Below are positions 38,926-48,700 of a stretch of DNA of 64,000 nucleotides, piece after piece; the first letter of the stretch is position 1; each line of letters starts with the position of its first letter. The translations under genes were made by a program, and so were the position numbers. The DNA comes from Candidatus Latescibacterota bacterium (GTDB lineage: Bacteria > Latescibacterota > UBA2968 > GCA-2709665): assembly GCA_965226795.1 (NCBI GenBank), contig CBDDDZ010000005.1, positions 2,784,001-2,848,000 of the forward strand. Reading direction: 5' to 3'. The notes beneath the pieces are model-generated. The model had not been told where the DNA came from. It did no database searches and worked only from the letters and a program-made list of their open reading frames with translations.

Positions 38926-40287
38926 ATGCCTGATCCAACCGCCGTCAATACACACGCCCCCGGCCCACGCGGGCTCCCGCTGCTCGGCTGCGTTTTTCCG
39001 TTCCGCAAGGATCCGATCGGGTACCTGATGGATGCCTGGTCCAGGTACGGCGACGTGGTCCGGATCGACATCAGGGGCAAGACGGTGCACCTCGTCACCC
39101 GGCCGGAGCACATCGAACACGTGCTCGTGCGCAGGAGAAGCACCTATTTCAAAGGCTATGGATACGAAGACCAGAAACTCCTGCTGGGCGAGGGTCTGAT
39201 AACGAGCGAGGGAGAACTCTGGGAGCGCCAGCACCGGATCATGCAGCCGTTCTTCACGCCAAGAGGAACGATGCGCTTCATGGATGTAATGGTGAACGCG
39301 ATCCGCGACATGCTTGCGCGATGGGAGCCTCTCGCGGATGGCGAACGCGTGATCCACGTCGACGAGGAGATGGCGCGCCTCACGGGGAACATCATCGTTC
39401 GTATCCTGTTCAGCAGGGATCTGAACGAAGAGACATCGCGCATCGACGAGGCATTCCAGTACTGCGTGGGGTTCATCGACCGGCGTTCCGCCGATTTGAT
39501 TGCGCTGCCCATGTTCGTCCCCACGCCAGGGAATCGCCGGTTCAAGCAATGCCTGAACGCCATCCACCGGTACATCGACGAGCAAATCGACGAGCGGCGC
39601 GTTCATCCTGGGGAGGAGGATCTGCTCTCGGTACTGATGGGCGCCCGCGACGAGGAAACCGGCGAGCGCATGGACCGGAGGCAACTTCGGGACGAACTGG
39701 TAACGCTCTTCGTTGCGGGATATCAGACAACAATGCACGCGCTCACCTGGACGTGGTACCTGCTGGATCAACACCGGCAGGTGGCAGGAAGGTTGTGGGA
39801 AGAGCAGCATTCGGTGCTGAATGGACATCCGCCGACCCTCTCGACTGTTCAACACCTTCACTATGCCAGAATGGTATTCCAGGAAGCGATGCGCCTCTAC
39901 CCCCCGATTAAAGTGATCGTGCGTGAGGCCGCGGACGACGACGAGATTGACGGGTACCATATCCCAGGAGGGTCGCTCGTGCTCGTAAGTCCCTATATCA
40001 CGCAACGCCACCCGGCGCTGTGGGAGCATCCGGAGACGTTTGACCCCGAACGATTCACCCCGGAGCATACAGAACGACGCTCCCGCTACGCTTACCTGCC
40101 CTTCAGCGCCGGACCCCGGATCTGCCTAGGCGGCAATTTCGCGATGCTGGAAGCCGCGCTGGTTCTGGCGATGGTGATCCGGCAGTATCGGCTTCAGCTT
40201 GTTCCAGGCCACCCCGTTGAACCATCTACGGACGTGAAGACGTGGCCGCTCCACGGGATGCCCATGACCATACACCGCCGCAAGTAG
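38926..40287 (+). CDS. Cytochrome P450
   Basis: GLITSEG, AGYQTT I-helix, EAMRLYPP (ExxR), FDPERF, FSAGPRICLG heme Cys. Confidence 0.95.
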   Translation: MPDPTAVNTHAPGPRGLPLLGCVFPFRKDPIGYLMDAWSRYGDVVRIDIRGKTVHLVTRPEHIEHVLVRRRSTYFKGYGYEDQKLLLGEGLITSEGELWERQHRIMQPFFTPRGTMRFMDVMVNAIRDMLARWEPLADGERVIHVDEEMARLTGNIIVRILFSRDLNEETSRIDEAFQYCVGFIDRRSADLIALPMFVPTPGNRRFKQCLNAIHRYIDEQIDERRVHPGEEDLLSVLMGARDEETGERMDRRQLRDELVTLFVAGYQTTMHALTWTWYLLDQHRQVAGRLWEEQHSVLNGHPPTLSTVQHLHYARMVFQEAMRLYPPIKVIVREAADDDEIDGYHIPGGSLVLVSPYITQRHPALWEHPETFDPERFTPEHTERRSRYAYLPFSAGPRICLGGNFAMLEAALVLAMVIRQYRLQLVPGHPVEPSTDVKTWPLHGMPMTIHRRK

Positions 40288-40401
40288 AAGTCAGCCGGCC
40301 ACGACACACGTGCCCGCCCGCCTGGATCACCTTCCCCTGGCCTAAGCCGAGTGCATCTGTGTCGCCAGCGTGGCCGCCCGCTGAAACGTACCCCTCCCGC
40401 G

Positions 40402-42078
40402 CTACCTCTCATCGTCCGCCTCGAGCGTGTACAGTATCGCGCCGGCATCCTCCTCGGATGGTTCGGCGCAGAGAATCCGCCACTTGTACTGGATATCCCG
40501 CTTTCCCGCGCCCGCGGCCCGCAGGACCTCGTCTTCCGCCCAACCCGGGCGCATCAGATGGAGGCACGGCGGCGCCAGCCTTCGGGAGCGGCGCTTCTCG
40601 GCATACTCCACGTTGACCCCTGCCAGCGCGCGATCCAGATGGGGAATCACTTCGTCTCTGAGCAGGTCCCGTGCAACCTCCCCCTTGAACTCCGCATAGA
40701 TTTCGTACCGGCGCGCCCCCACGTTCGCCACCACCCGGAACTGTTCGATCACCGATACATCATATCGGCGGCGGACCTCCTCCAGCGCGAGGAGAAGATG
40801 GTTCACATGCATCTTCTCTCCCGTGATGCTCGTCATGTCGCGGCCCTTGCGGATGAACGCCAGCAACGGGGCATTCCGGTAGAACCCGGTCACCTGTACG
40901 ATGTCGTGAATGTCGTATCGGTAGAGGCCGCCGGGGGTGGTCAGCAGGATCGCATAGTTCACGCCGGACTCCAGTTCGTGGCTGGACAGTACGGGCGGAT
41001 TCGGGTCATCCAAAGATGCCTCCGGGATAAACTCGTAATAGTTGCCGTTCAGTGAGAGAATGCCCGAGGCGGTGTGATCCCGGTTTGGAAGGGTAAAATG
41101 TCCTTCGCTGGCCAGAAAACCCAGGTCGCGCATGGGTGCGTCGCCGTAATATTCCGGCAGCCTCCGGGCCTGTACGCCAACGCTGCCTCCCAGCCAGCAC
41201 CCGATGAGTTTCAGGTCCGGCCAACAATCCGCGGGCAGTAGCGCCCCCTTCCGTTCCGCCACTTCCGCGAGGACCCGCGCGCGGCCCGGCTCCGGCTTCA
41301 TGAGGGCGGCCAGTTTTTCGGCGAGTTCGGGCTGGTCCGGCAAGTCAGTGCCGGTTGTGCCGTCGTGAATCGCACGAACAATGGCCTCCGCGTTCCTGAT
41401 TGCGGTTTCAGCAAGGCGGATGAGCGTGCTGGGATTGGGTGTCCCGATGTATGAAACACGCCTTGCCAGCGCCAGGCGCGCAGCCACGAAATAGCGGCGA
41501 TCGTAGTCCTTGATCTCTGAAACGGCATATGGAATCGCATAGGTGCTGCGGATCGGCCCGGGAATTCGCTGATATAGCATCCCGGACGCGCTGCCGTACG
41601 GAAGTCCCAAGGGGGTGCGACCCTCGATTGCCCGGCTTACGATACCAACAAAGGCGCCATCCAGGAACGAGGGATGGTCCTGAAGCGCACGATAGATCCA
41701 CTCCAGGGAGAAACCGGACGCGCGCCGCATGGATTCGGGCGTGACCGGGATGTACTTCGGTTCGCCCGTGGTCCCGCTCGTCATGTTCAACATGCTGGGG
41801 GCGGCCGCGGTCAGGACCGCCTGCTCACCCGCGATAATCCGGTTGACGTAGGGACGCAGCCCTTCGTAGTCCCGGATTGGGACCTGACGGCGGAAGTCGG
41901 CCTCCGTGCGGATCGTGGCGAAGCCATGATCCCTTCCAAATGCCGTGTTGGCGTTGGTTTTCATCAGGCGGAGCAGAAAGGTGTTCTGCGCGGCCTGCGG
42001 GTGTTCCGCCGCGCGGTCGAGCTTCCGCGCCAACCCGTATCCCTTCATCCGAATGAGCGTCTTGACGAGTTTTCCCAC
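40402..42078 (-). CDS. GH3 auxin-responsive family protein (acyl acid-amido synthetase-like, ANL superfamily)
   Basis: TAFGRDHGF, VPIRDYE, TSGTTGEPKYIP, FLASEG, YEFIP, GGLYRYDIHD.V.V.GF, GEK. Confidence 0.9.
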   Translation of the reverse strand: MGKLVKTLIRMKGYGLARKLDRAAEHPQAAQNTFLLRLMKTNANTAFGRDHGFATIRTEADFRRQVPIRDYEGLRPYVNRIIAGEQAVLTAAAPSMLNMTSGTTGEPKYIPVTPESMRRASGFSLEWIYRALQDHPSFLDGAFVGIVSRAIEGRTPLGLPYGSASGMLYQRIPGPIRSTYAIPYAVSEIKDYDRRYFVAARLALARRVSYIGTPNPSTLIRLAETAIRNAEAIVRAIHDGTTGTDLPDQPELAEKLAALMKPEPGRARVLAEVAERKGALLPADCWPDLKLIGCWLGGSVGVQARRLPEYYGDAPMRDLGFLASEGHFTLPNRDHTASGILSLNGNYYEFIPEASLDDPNPPVLSSHELESGVNYAILLTTPGGLYRYDIHDIVQVTGFYRNAPLLAFIRKGRDMTSITGEKMHVNHLLLALEEVRRRYDVSVIEQFRVVANVGARRYEIYAEFKGEVARDLLRDEVIPHLDRALAGVNVEYAEKRRSRRLAPPCLHLMRPGWAEDEVLRAAGAGKRDIQYKWRILCAEPSEEDAGAILYTLEADDER

Positions 42079-42081
42079 GGT

Positions 42082-43242
42082 CTATCCCTCACCAAGAATC
42101 GTTGTGGTCTCCGCGTGGGCCAGCAGGGGGCCTTCCCTGACTTCGACGCCGAGACCCGGACCCCGAAGCAGCGGTGCACTTCCGCCGTGGCCGAACCTGA
42201 CAGGTTTTTCAGACACGTCTTCGACCAGCAACAGGCTTCCGTAGGAACCCTCCACGAACGCCACATCGTCCAGATGGGCGGCCACGCTCCGCCCCACAGC
42301 CGAAAGAATCGCGGATTCTCCCACCTGGCATCCCACTTGCAAGCGCAGCCCCGCACGGGCGGCCAATCGGGCGATCGCCAACGTGCGGGCAACACCACCG
42401 CACTTGGAGACGCGCAGATTGAAGAAGTCGCAGGCCTCCGCCGCGATCAGCGCCTCCGCGTCGGCCACGGTCACGAGCGATTCGTCGGCCATGATTGGAA
42501 TCGGCGAGAGGGACCGGACCTGCGCCAGCGCCGCCGGATCGCCGCGGGAAATGGGCTGCTCGGCGCAGGCGATGTCATACGGCGCCAGGGCTGCAAGCGT
42601 TGCGACGGCTTCGTCAGGCGTGTAGGCGCAGTTCGCGTCGACTCTGAGGGAGACCGACGGTCCCACGGCCTCGCGGACGGCCGCGACTCGATCGCAAGCG
42701 TCTTCCCCATCGATCTTGATCTTGACGGCCTGAAGTCCGTATTCCACGCAGACCCGCGCGAGCCGGACCGCGTTGTCGATTGAGCCACCCGTAATAACGC
42801 CGCTGTAGATGACGGCAGTCCGCTTGGGACGCAGGATCTCTCCCAGAGACAGTTTCTGATGCTGCAACAGGACGTCGAGCAGGGCCAGTTCGCAGGCCGC
42901 CCTCGCGGCGTGCCACGCAACGACGCCGTTGGATTCGCCATCGGGCAATGCCCGGTCAACCGGGGCCAGGGTACCGACGGGATCCGGACCGGGTGTCAGC
43001 GCCGGAAATTCGGAATCCGTGATGGCCGGCCAGAGACAATGCGCAATGTGATCGATGCACGTCCCGACGGTCTCGCCCGTCACGTATGGACGCGGCAGAC
43101 CTTCGCCGTAACCCAACGCGCCGTCGTCGGCCGTCAGGCGCACGACGACCGAGTCCGAACGGGACCGAACGGAAGCACTATGGCCGAAGGCCTCGACGAA
43201 GGGAATCCTGAGGGCGAAACAGGTTGCGCCGATGATCTTCAT
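42082..43242 (-). CDS. Enolase superfamily protein (dipeptide epimerase/muconate cycloisomerase-like)
   Basis: GYGEGLPRPYVTGET, VKIK, LRVDAN, EQP, ADES, NLRVSKCGG, PGLGV. Confidence 0.88.
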   Translation of the reverse strand: MKIIGATCFALRIPFVEAFGHSASVRSRSDSVVVRLTADDGALGYGEGLPRPYVTGETVGTCIDHIAHCLWPAITDSEFPALTPGPDPVGTLAPVDRALPDGESNGVVAWHAARAACELALLDVLLQHQKLSLGEILRPKRTAVIYSGVITGGSIDNAVRLARVCVEYGLQAVKIKIDGEDACDRVAAVREAVGPSVSLRVDANCAYTPDEAVATLAALAPYDIACAEQPISRGDPAALAQVRSLSPIPIMADESLVTVADAEALIAAEACDFFNLRVSKCGGVARTLAIARLAARAGLRLQVGCQVGESAILSAVGRSVAAHLDDVAFVEGSYGSLLLVEDVSEKPVRFGHGGSAPLLRGPGLGVEVREGPLLAHAETTTILGEG

Positions 43243-43950
43243 GCCGACCCTCGAATCGTGGCGCCGGGGCTGTGGTGCGGTCGCCCTATCTGCTGGACGT
43301 CCGAGAGTCCCTGGATTGACGGGATGGTGACATCGGGTATCTCCTCGGGGCGGCGGGGCACCTGAAACCGCGAAAAACCCTGCAACACGCGAATCGTCCT
43401 CCAGCCCTGAGATTTCGCGGGTCCGATATCGTTATCGAGTCGATCTCCAACCATCAGGGCGTTCTCTGAGTCGCATCCGGCCATCGAAATGGCCCTCCTG
43501 AAAATTTCCGGATCGGGCTTCGATAGGCCGAACTCGGCGGATGAAAAAACAAGCGAAAAACAGTCCCGAATGCGCCATTGCACGAGGCGTTCCTCTGTGC
43601 CTTCGGATTGGTTGGCGATGACGCCGAGCCTGAATTGCCGTGATAGCGTCTCGAGAAGCTCCGGGACACCGGGATACAGGACTTCGTTTTCGTGCTCGTA
43701 GCGCACGGAACGCTCAACGGTGCAAATCCGTTCGTCGGGCAGATCCAGACGCGCCAGCATACCACGAAACGGACTCGGGGCGAAGTCGGTCGCCGCCTGT
43801 TCGCACATCGAAATGAGTTCGTCGACGGAATGGCGTAGACCCAACCCCTCCATGCGCTCACACACGCCCTTGAGACGCGCCCGGTGCGCCCGAGTTTCGT
43901 CCACGAGCGTCCAGCCCAGGTCCAGAAAGATCCATTCGATAATTGTTCAT
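43239..43950 (-). CDS. HAD-like hydrolase (5' end has a +1 frameshift or a non-canonical ATT start)
   Basis: IEWIFLDLGWTLVD motif I lies upstream of the called GTG 43904; LYPGV, IANQ, SKPDP.IF, MVGDRLDNDI. Confidence 0.8.
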
Positions 43951-44148
43951 GGGGATGTAATTTCGCGTCGGAATCGAAATGAACGATTGAGGTGTCTATG
44001 GCGAACCCGAACGTTCCTGATGCGTTTCTTCGCTGGTGACGTGTGATCGTGGATGACCGATGGTGCGCCACGGCCCGTTTGTTTTCGTTCAACCCCTTGC
44101 CCTTCGTTGGAAATCGCGAGCGTTGTACGTCTGACGGGCGGTGCGCGA

Positions 44149-45654
44149 TTATCGATCCACGCCGTATTTCTTCAGCCAGTTCGTGAACGTCTGGTAGCTC
44201 GGGAGGCCCACCAGCCGGGCCGCCCGCGATTTGTTACCCTGTGTCTCATCCAGCGCCCGCGCCAGGTAGTGGCGCGCCACCGAGGCCAGTAGGTCCGGAA
44301 GGCAGAGATCGTCGCCGAGAGGGCGTTCGAGGATTCCCGAGTCGGCCCGGCCGACCGCGGGCATCAGCGCTTCCCGCATGTCCTCGCTATCGACAACGGG
44401 CCCCGCCGTCCACAGCGCGACCCGATGAAGCGTGTTCAGGAGTTCGCGGACGTTGCCCGGCCACGGGTGGGCCATGAGAAGATTTCTTGCGTTTGGAGAA
44501 ATTTTCTTGTGCTCGAATCCCGGCTGTCCCGCATGTTCCTCGTTGACCTGTTCGAGCAATCGATCCACGAGAAGACCCAGGTCGCCCTCACGTTCTCTCA
44601 GGGGAGGCAGCTTCAGGTCTGCCACGGCCAGACGATAGTACAAATCATCCCGGAACCGGCCACCGGCGACTTCCCCTGACAGGCCCCTGTTCGTTGCCGC
44701 TATGATTCTGACATCCACCTCGCGATGCGACCTCGAACCCACGGGCAGGACCCTTCCGTCCTGCAGGATCCGAAGGAATTTTACCTGGGCGGACGGGGAG
44801 AGTTCGCCGACCTCGTCGAGGAAGAACGTTCCTGAGTCGGCGGCCTCGAAATAGCCGAACCTTGCCCGGTGCGCGCCCGTGAACGCGCCCTTTTCGTGGC
44901 CAAACAGTTCGGATTCCGCCAGTTCCGCGGGTATCGCGCCGCAGTTGACCGCTACGAATGGCCGATCCCGCCGGGGACTCGCCCGGTGGATCGCCCGTGC
45001 CAGCAATTCCTTTCCGGTGCCTGACTCGCCCTGAATGAGAACCGGTACCGATCGCGGGGCCACGCGGCGAGCCCTGACAATAACGCGGGCCATCGCCTCG
45101 CTTCGGTGAATGATATCGGCGAATTCCGGCGCCTCCGGCGGGAGTCCCGCCGTCGCTTTTTCAAGGCGCTTGTCAGGACCCCGAAGCAGGTCGGGAATGA
45201 ACTCGGCCGAGATGTCGAACGGCACCGACGTGGTACGCACGCCCTGCTCCGCAGATGACTCGATCAGTTCGGCGGGAAACCGCGTTTTGGCCAGGATGAT
45301 CCAGATCGCGGCCATGGCCGGTGTGCCGGGACTCAGATGGTACGTCAGGTCAGCATCCTCCCCGTGACGCGCCAGCGTCTCCGACACAACCCGAACGGCC
45401 GCTTCGTAAATCTCGCCGAACTCCGTGGGCCCTGAGAGCGGCTCGTGCCGGACCGTGACAGCGGCCCCGGTCCACGGCCGGAGCCATTCGAGAAACGGCG
45501 CCGACACGTTTTCAGTGTAGTCGCTTATCAACACGGCGGCGTCAAACTCGCGCGTGCCGAGCGCCTGGGCGACCGGTCCGATGCCGACGACGGGATCGTC
45601 CGAGGGCGCCCGGAGATCCGCCTGGCCGATCCAACTGATCAGTATCCTTGTCAT
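44149..45654 (-). CDS. Sigma54-dependent activator with RtcR/CARF-like N-terminal domain
   Basis: N-terminal SWIG..D and [49 protein letters not shown]-terminal Fis-like HTH. Confidence 0.88.
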   Translation of the reverse strand: MTRILISWIGQADLRAPSDDPVVGIGPVAQALGTREFDAAVLISDYTENVSAPFLEWLRPWTGAAVTVRHEPLSGPTEFGEIYEAAVRVVSETLARHGEDADLTYHLSPGTPAMAAIWIILAKTRFPAELIESSAEQGVRTTSVPFDISAEFIPDLLRGPDKRLEKATAGLPPEAPEFADIIHRSEAMARVIVRARRVAPRSVPVLIQGESGTGKELLARAIHRASPRRDRPFVAVNCGAIPAELAESELFGHEKGAFTGAHRARFGYFEAADSGTFFLDEVGELSPSAQVKFLRILQDGRVLPVGSRSHREVDVRIIAATNRGLSGEVAGGRFRDDLYYRLAVADLKLPPLREREGDLGLLVDRLLEQVNEEHAGQPGFEHKKISPNARNLLMAHPWPGNVRELLNTLHRVALWTAGPVVDSEDMREALMPAVGRADSGILERPLGDDLCLPDLLASVARHYLARALDETQGNKSRAARLVGLPSYQTFTNWLKKYGVDR

Positions 45655-45759
45655 AGGCTACCTATATACAAAAAATCTTGTGATATCACAAGATTTCTTA
45701 TGGTTGGTTCCGGGCAAGGAAAGTCCCAACTTGCGTATGCAATGCACGTCTTCGATAGG

Positions 45760-48700
45760 CTATTCCTCCACGTCCGATACGTCGATGTTCACGACAAGGC
45801 TCACGCGTCCGCCCCTGCCGTCGCTGGTGCGCACGATTGCCGCGTATCCACGCTTTTCCTCGAAGTCATACGTCCCCTTCGTGAGGATCTGGCCGGTGTC
45901 CGGCTCAATGTCGAAGTGGTCCGCATCGGCGCCCCACAGGCTGTAGGTCAGCTCATTGCCGTCGGCATCCGTCGCCGCGATGGGATCCCCGATCGCCTCT
46001 CCCGCAGGCGCGTTCTCCGCCACGGAACGCGTCACCGGTGGCATGACGGTGAACAAGGGCGCACGGTTGACCGTTTTGCCGAAGCTCTTCGCAAAGATCA
46101 CGAAATCCTCAAAACCGATCCCTCCGTCGCTGTTCAGGTCGTATCCTGACTCATACTTGGCATCGCCCTCTCCATACCCGAACACGCCCGCGAAACCAAC
46201 AAAATCCGCAAAGGCCACCAGACCACTCCCGTCGAAATCCGCTGAAGGCGGCGCAACAGCCTGCAGAAGGATGCTCACCGAACGCGTCATCGCCTCCGGA
46301 TGATCGCCCCGGATAAGATCTACCCCCGCCACACGGATCTCTGTCTCCGAAAACGCATCCGTCGTCCTGAACCTGACGGTTCCCACCAACCCACTGTCCA
46401 CCATCGCCCGACTCCCCAGAGACGCGATACCCATCTCCACAAAGGTCGAATCCTGCTTCACCAATGCAGTAACATTCGGCAAGGCATCGCCCACGTCGAA
46501 CCCTGCAAACACAACCTGTGTCGCATCATAGCCCACCCGAAGGTCGAGACTGCGCGTACCCCGGATATCCACGCCGAATACCTGTATGGGTAAAACGCCG
46601 CCGGGCGCTATAACAGTAGACGAGACGAATTGATCTCTTTCGGAATTATCCAGATCCAGAGAAAGAGAGAACCGGTCATACAGAATCAGGATATTGGTCC
46701 GAACAATGTCGAGGGCCGTCCACTCGCCGTCGCCCGCCGCGCTATTTGAGTGCACCTGCACCTCGTATTCCGTGTCAGGGTCCAGTCCCGCAATGGTCGC
46801 GCTCGTGTCCGTCACATCCTGTGGGCCCTCCGTCCAATCCCCATCGCTACCCACCCGGTAGCGCAGATCGTAACCCGTAACGGGATCCCCATGGGTCGTC
46901 GGCGCCGTCCAACTGACTGTCAAGCTGATCGACGACGTCTCCGTCACCCTGGGCGAGACCGGCGGCGGAGGCGGCAACGGGGTCCTCACAGGACTCAGTG
47001 TCGACCAATCACTGTCGCCAGCGGCGCTGTTGGCCCGCACCTGCACCTCGTATGCCGTATTCGGGCTCAGACCCGGGATGGTTGCGGTCGTTTCGGCGAC
47101 ATCCTGCGGGCCGTCCATGAATTCCCCGGTACTGCCCTGCCGATAGCGCAGATCGTAACCCGTGACGGGCGCCCCGTTGGTTGTCGGCGCGGCCCAACTG
47201 ACCGTCACACTCGTCGTCGACGTCTCCATCACCACGGGCGCATCAGGCGGGGACAATGCAGGGGTCGGCGGGGGCGGAGGTGATGGCGGGGGAGGAGGAG
47301 GTGGTGGCGGGGGTGGAGGCGGAGGCGGGGGTGGAGGCGGAGGCGGGGGTGGAGGCGGGGGCGGTGGAGGTGGCGGAGGAGGAGGAGGAGGAGGATCCAC
47401 CCGCCCCCTGACGGTGTGCACGAGTCGAGTCGACAGCCGCCGTCCGTTATTGGTGCAGATGGCGCCAGGGATCGTACAGGGGCGGTTAGAGGCCAACTCC
47501 AACCTTACGTCGGCATAGGATTCAGGCTTGGTCACAATCTCCCAAAGGTAGTTGGTGCCGGAGCGGCGTTGGGCGCCAGTCACCGTGCCTCCGGTCACCG
47601 ACACGGCGTGGTCCCTGAAATCCTCGTAAAAAATCAATATGTCATCGCTGAACCGCAACCGAACACGGAAAGCCTGCCCATCATGCGTCCAGGGTGGATT
47701 GACAAATCTCGCCGTCAGAGCATCGGCTGTGGCCACCGCCGGGTTGTGGATCGCGAACGGGGCGTCAGTGAAGATCCAGGGGCGGGCCTGCTTGATCGCC
47801 AGCATATTGTCGCTGGTGATCTTGAACTCGATTTCCATGGCGAACGGGTCGCCTGGCACCGGGTTGTACAGACTCTCGAAGTGGGTATGAATCGTTCCGA
47901 GGTGCCGGCGCAACTGATCCAGCTGATCGTCGCTCATGAGAAGTCGACCCTGCGACACCTGGTTGGAGAACGCAACAACGGTGTGCGTGCCGGAAGAATT
48001 CAACAGGATTTCTTCCGGTACCGAGTGCGCGTCCGGATTGGTGACCAGGTCCTCGCCTAGCTGACTGTTGACGTAGTAGCTCCCGGATGTGCCGTAGGCG
48101 GGGTCAAAGCTGACAGCCACGCCGTTGACCCTTTCGTCCCGGTAACTGGGGTGCACCAGGATGCCCATCGCAGCCGCTTTGTGGTCGATGCGGTGAAAAT
48201 CGCGTTCGACGAAAGCCCGGAAGTTCCAAAGACCTGCGTACACCTCCTTGAGGGACTTGGCCAGATCCTCTTCGTCCTCACTGGGCTTCTGACTCTTGGA
48301 GTCGTACAGACCCGCGCCGTTGAACCCCGGCAGGTCCTCGTTGTTGGTGCTGGACCGGTAGCGCTTGTTGATGCCAGAGGCGAACGATTCGTTCATTGTA
48401 TCGATCGCCGCGATGATCCACTCCGGCGTCGACGCGTCCTCGATGGCTTTGCGCAATTCCTTGAGCGAGTCCGCCTGCGTCGTAAAGTCCGTCTGGAAAT
48501 CTTCGTTGGCCAGCATGTTATCAATGCGTCCGTATAGCCCGTTGTGCTTCATGAACTCGTCATAGAAATAGAACGGAATCGCGAAGCCGTCGGGCGCCGT
48601 CCCTTCCGGAAACCCCAGCGTACCCAGCACAGCCACGTTCGCCGCTTTGACCCCGAACGCCTTCCAGTCCCCAAAGCCGATTTCGCTGAGGGGCTTGATC

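Noticed and set aside
38677..40068. 463-aa minus-strand ORF, and similar long ORFs at 60793-62259, 57239-58402, 58466-59632, 12322-13335 and 41674-42783
   Set aside because: Antisense shadows of well-supported genes, expected from high-GC codon bias; no recognisable motifs
44054..44070. Sigma54 -24/-12 promoter for the HAD operon (TGGCGC-N5-CGGT, minus strand)
   Set aside because: The -12 element lacks the conserved GC; too weak to call
47162..47518. Poly-glycine ORF on the + strand
   Set aside because: Simply the reverse complement of the poly-proline tract
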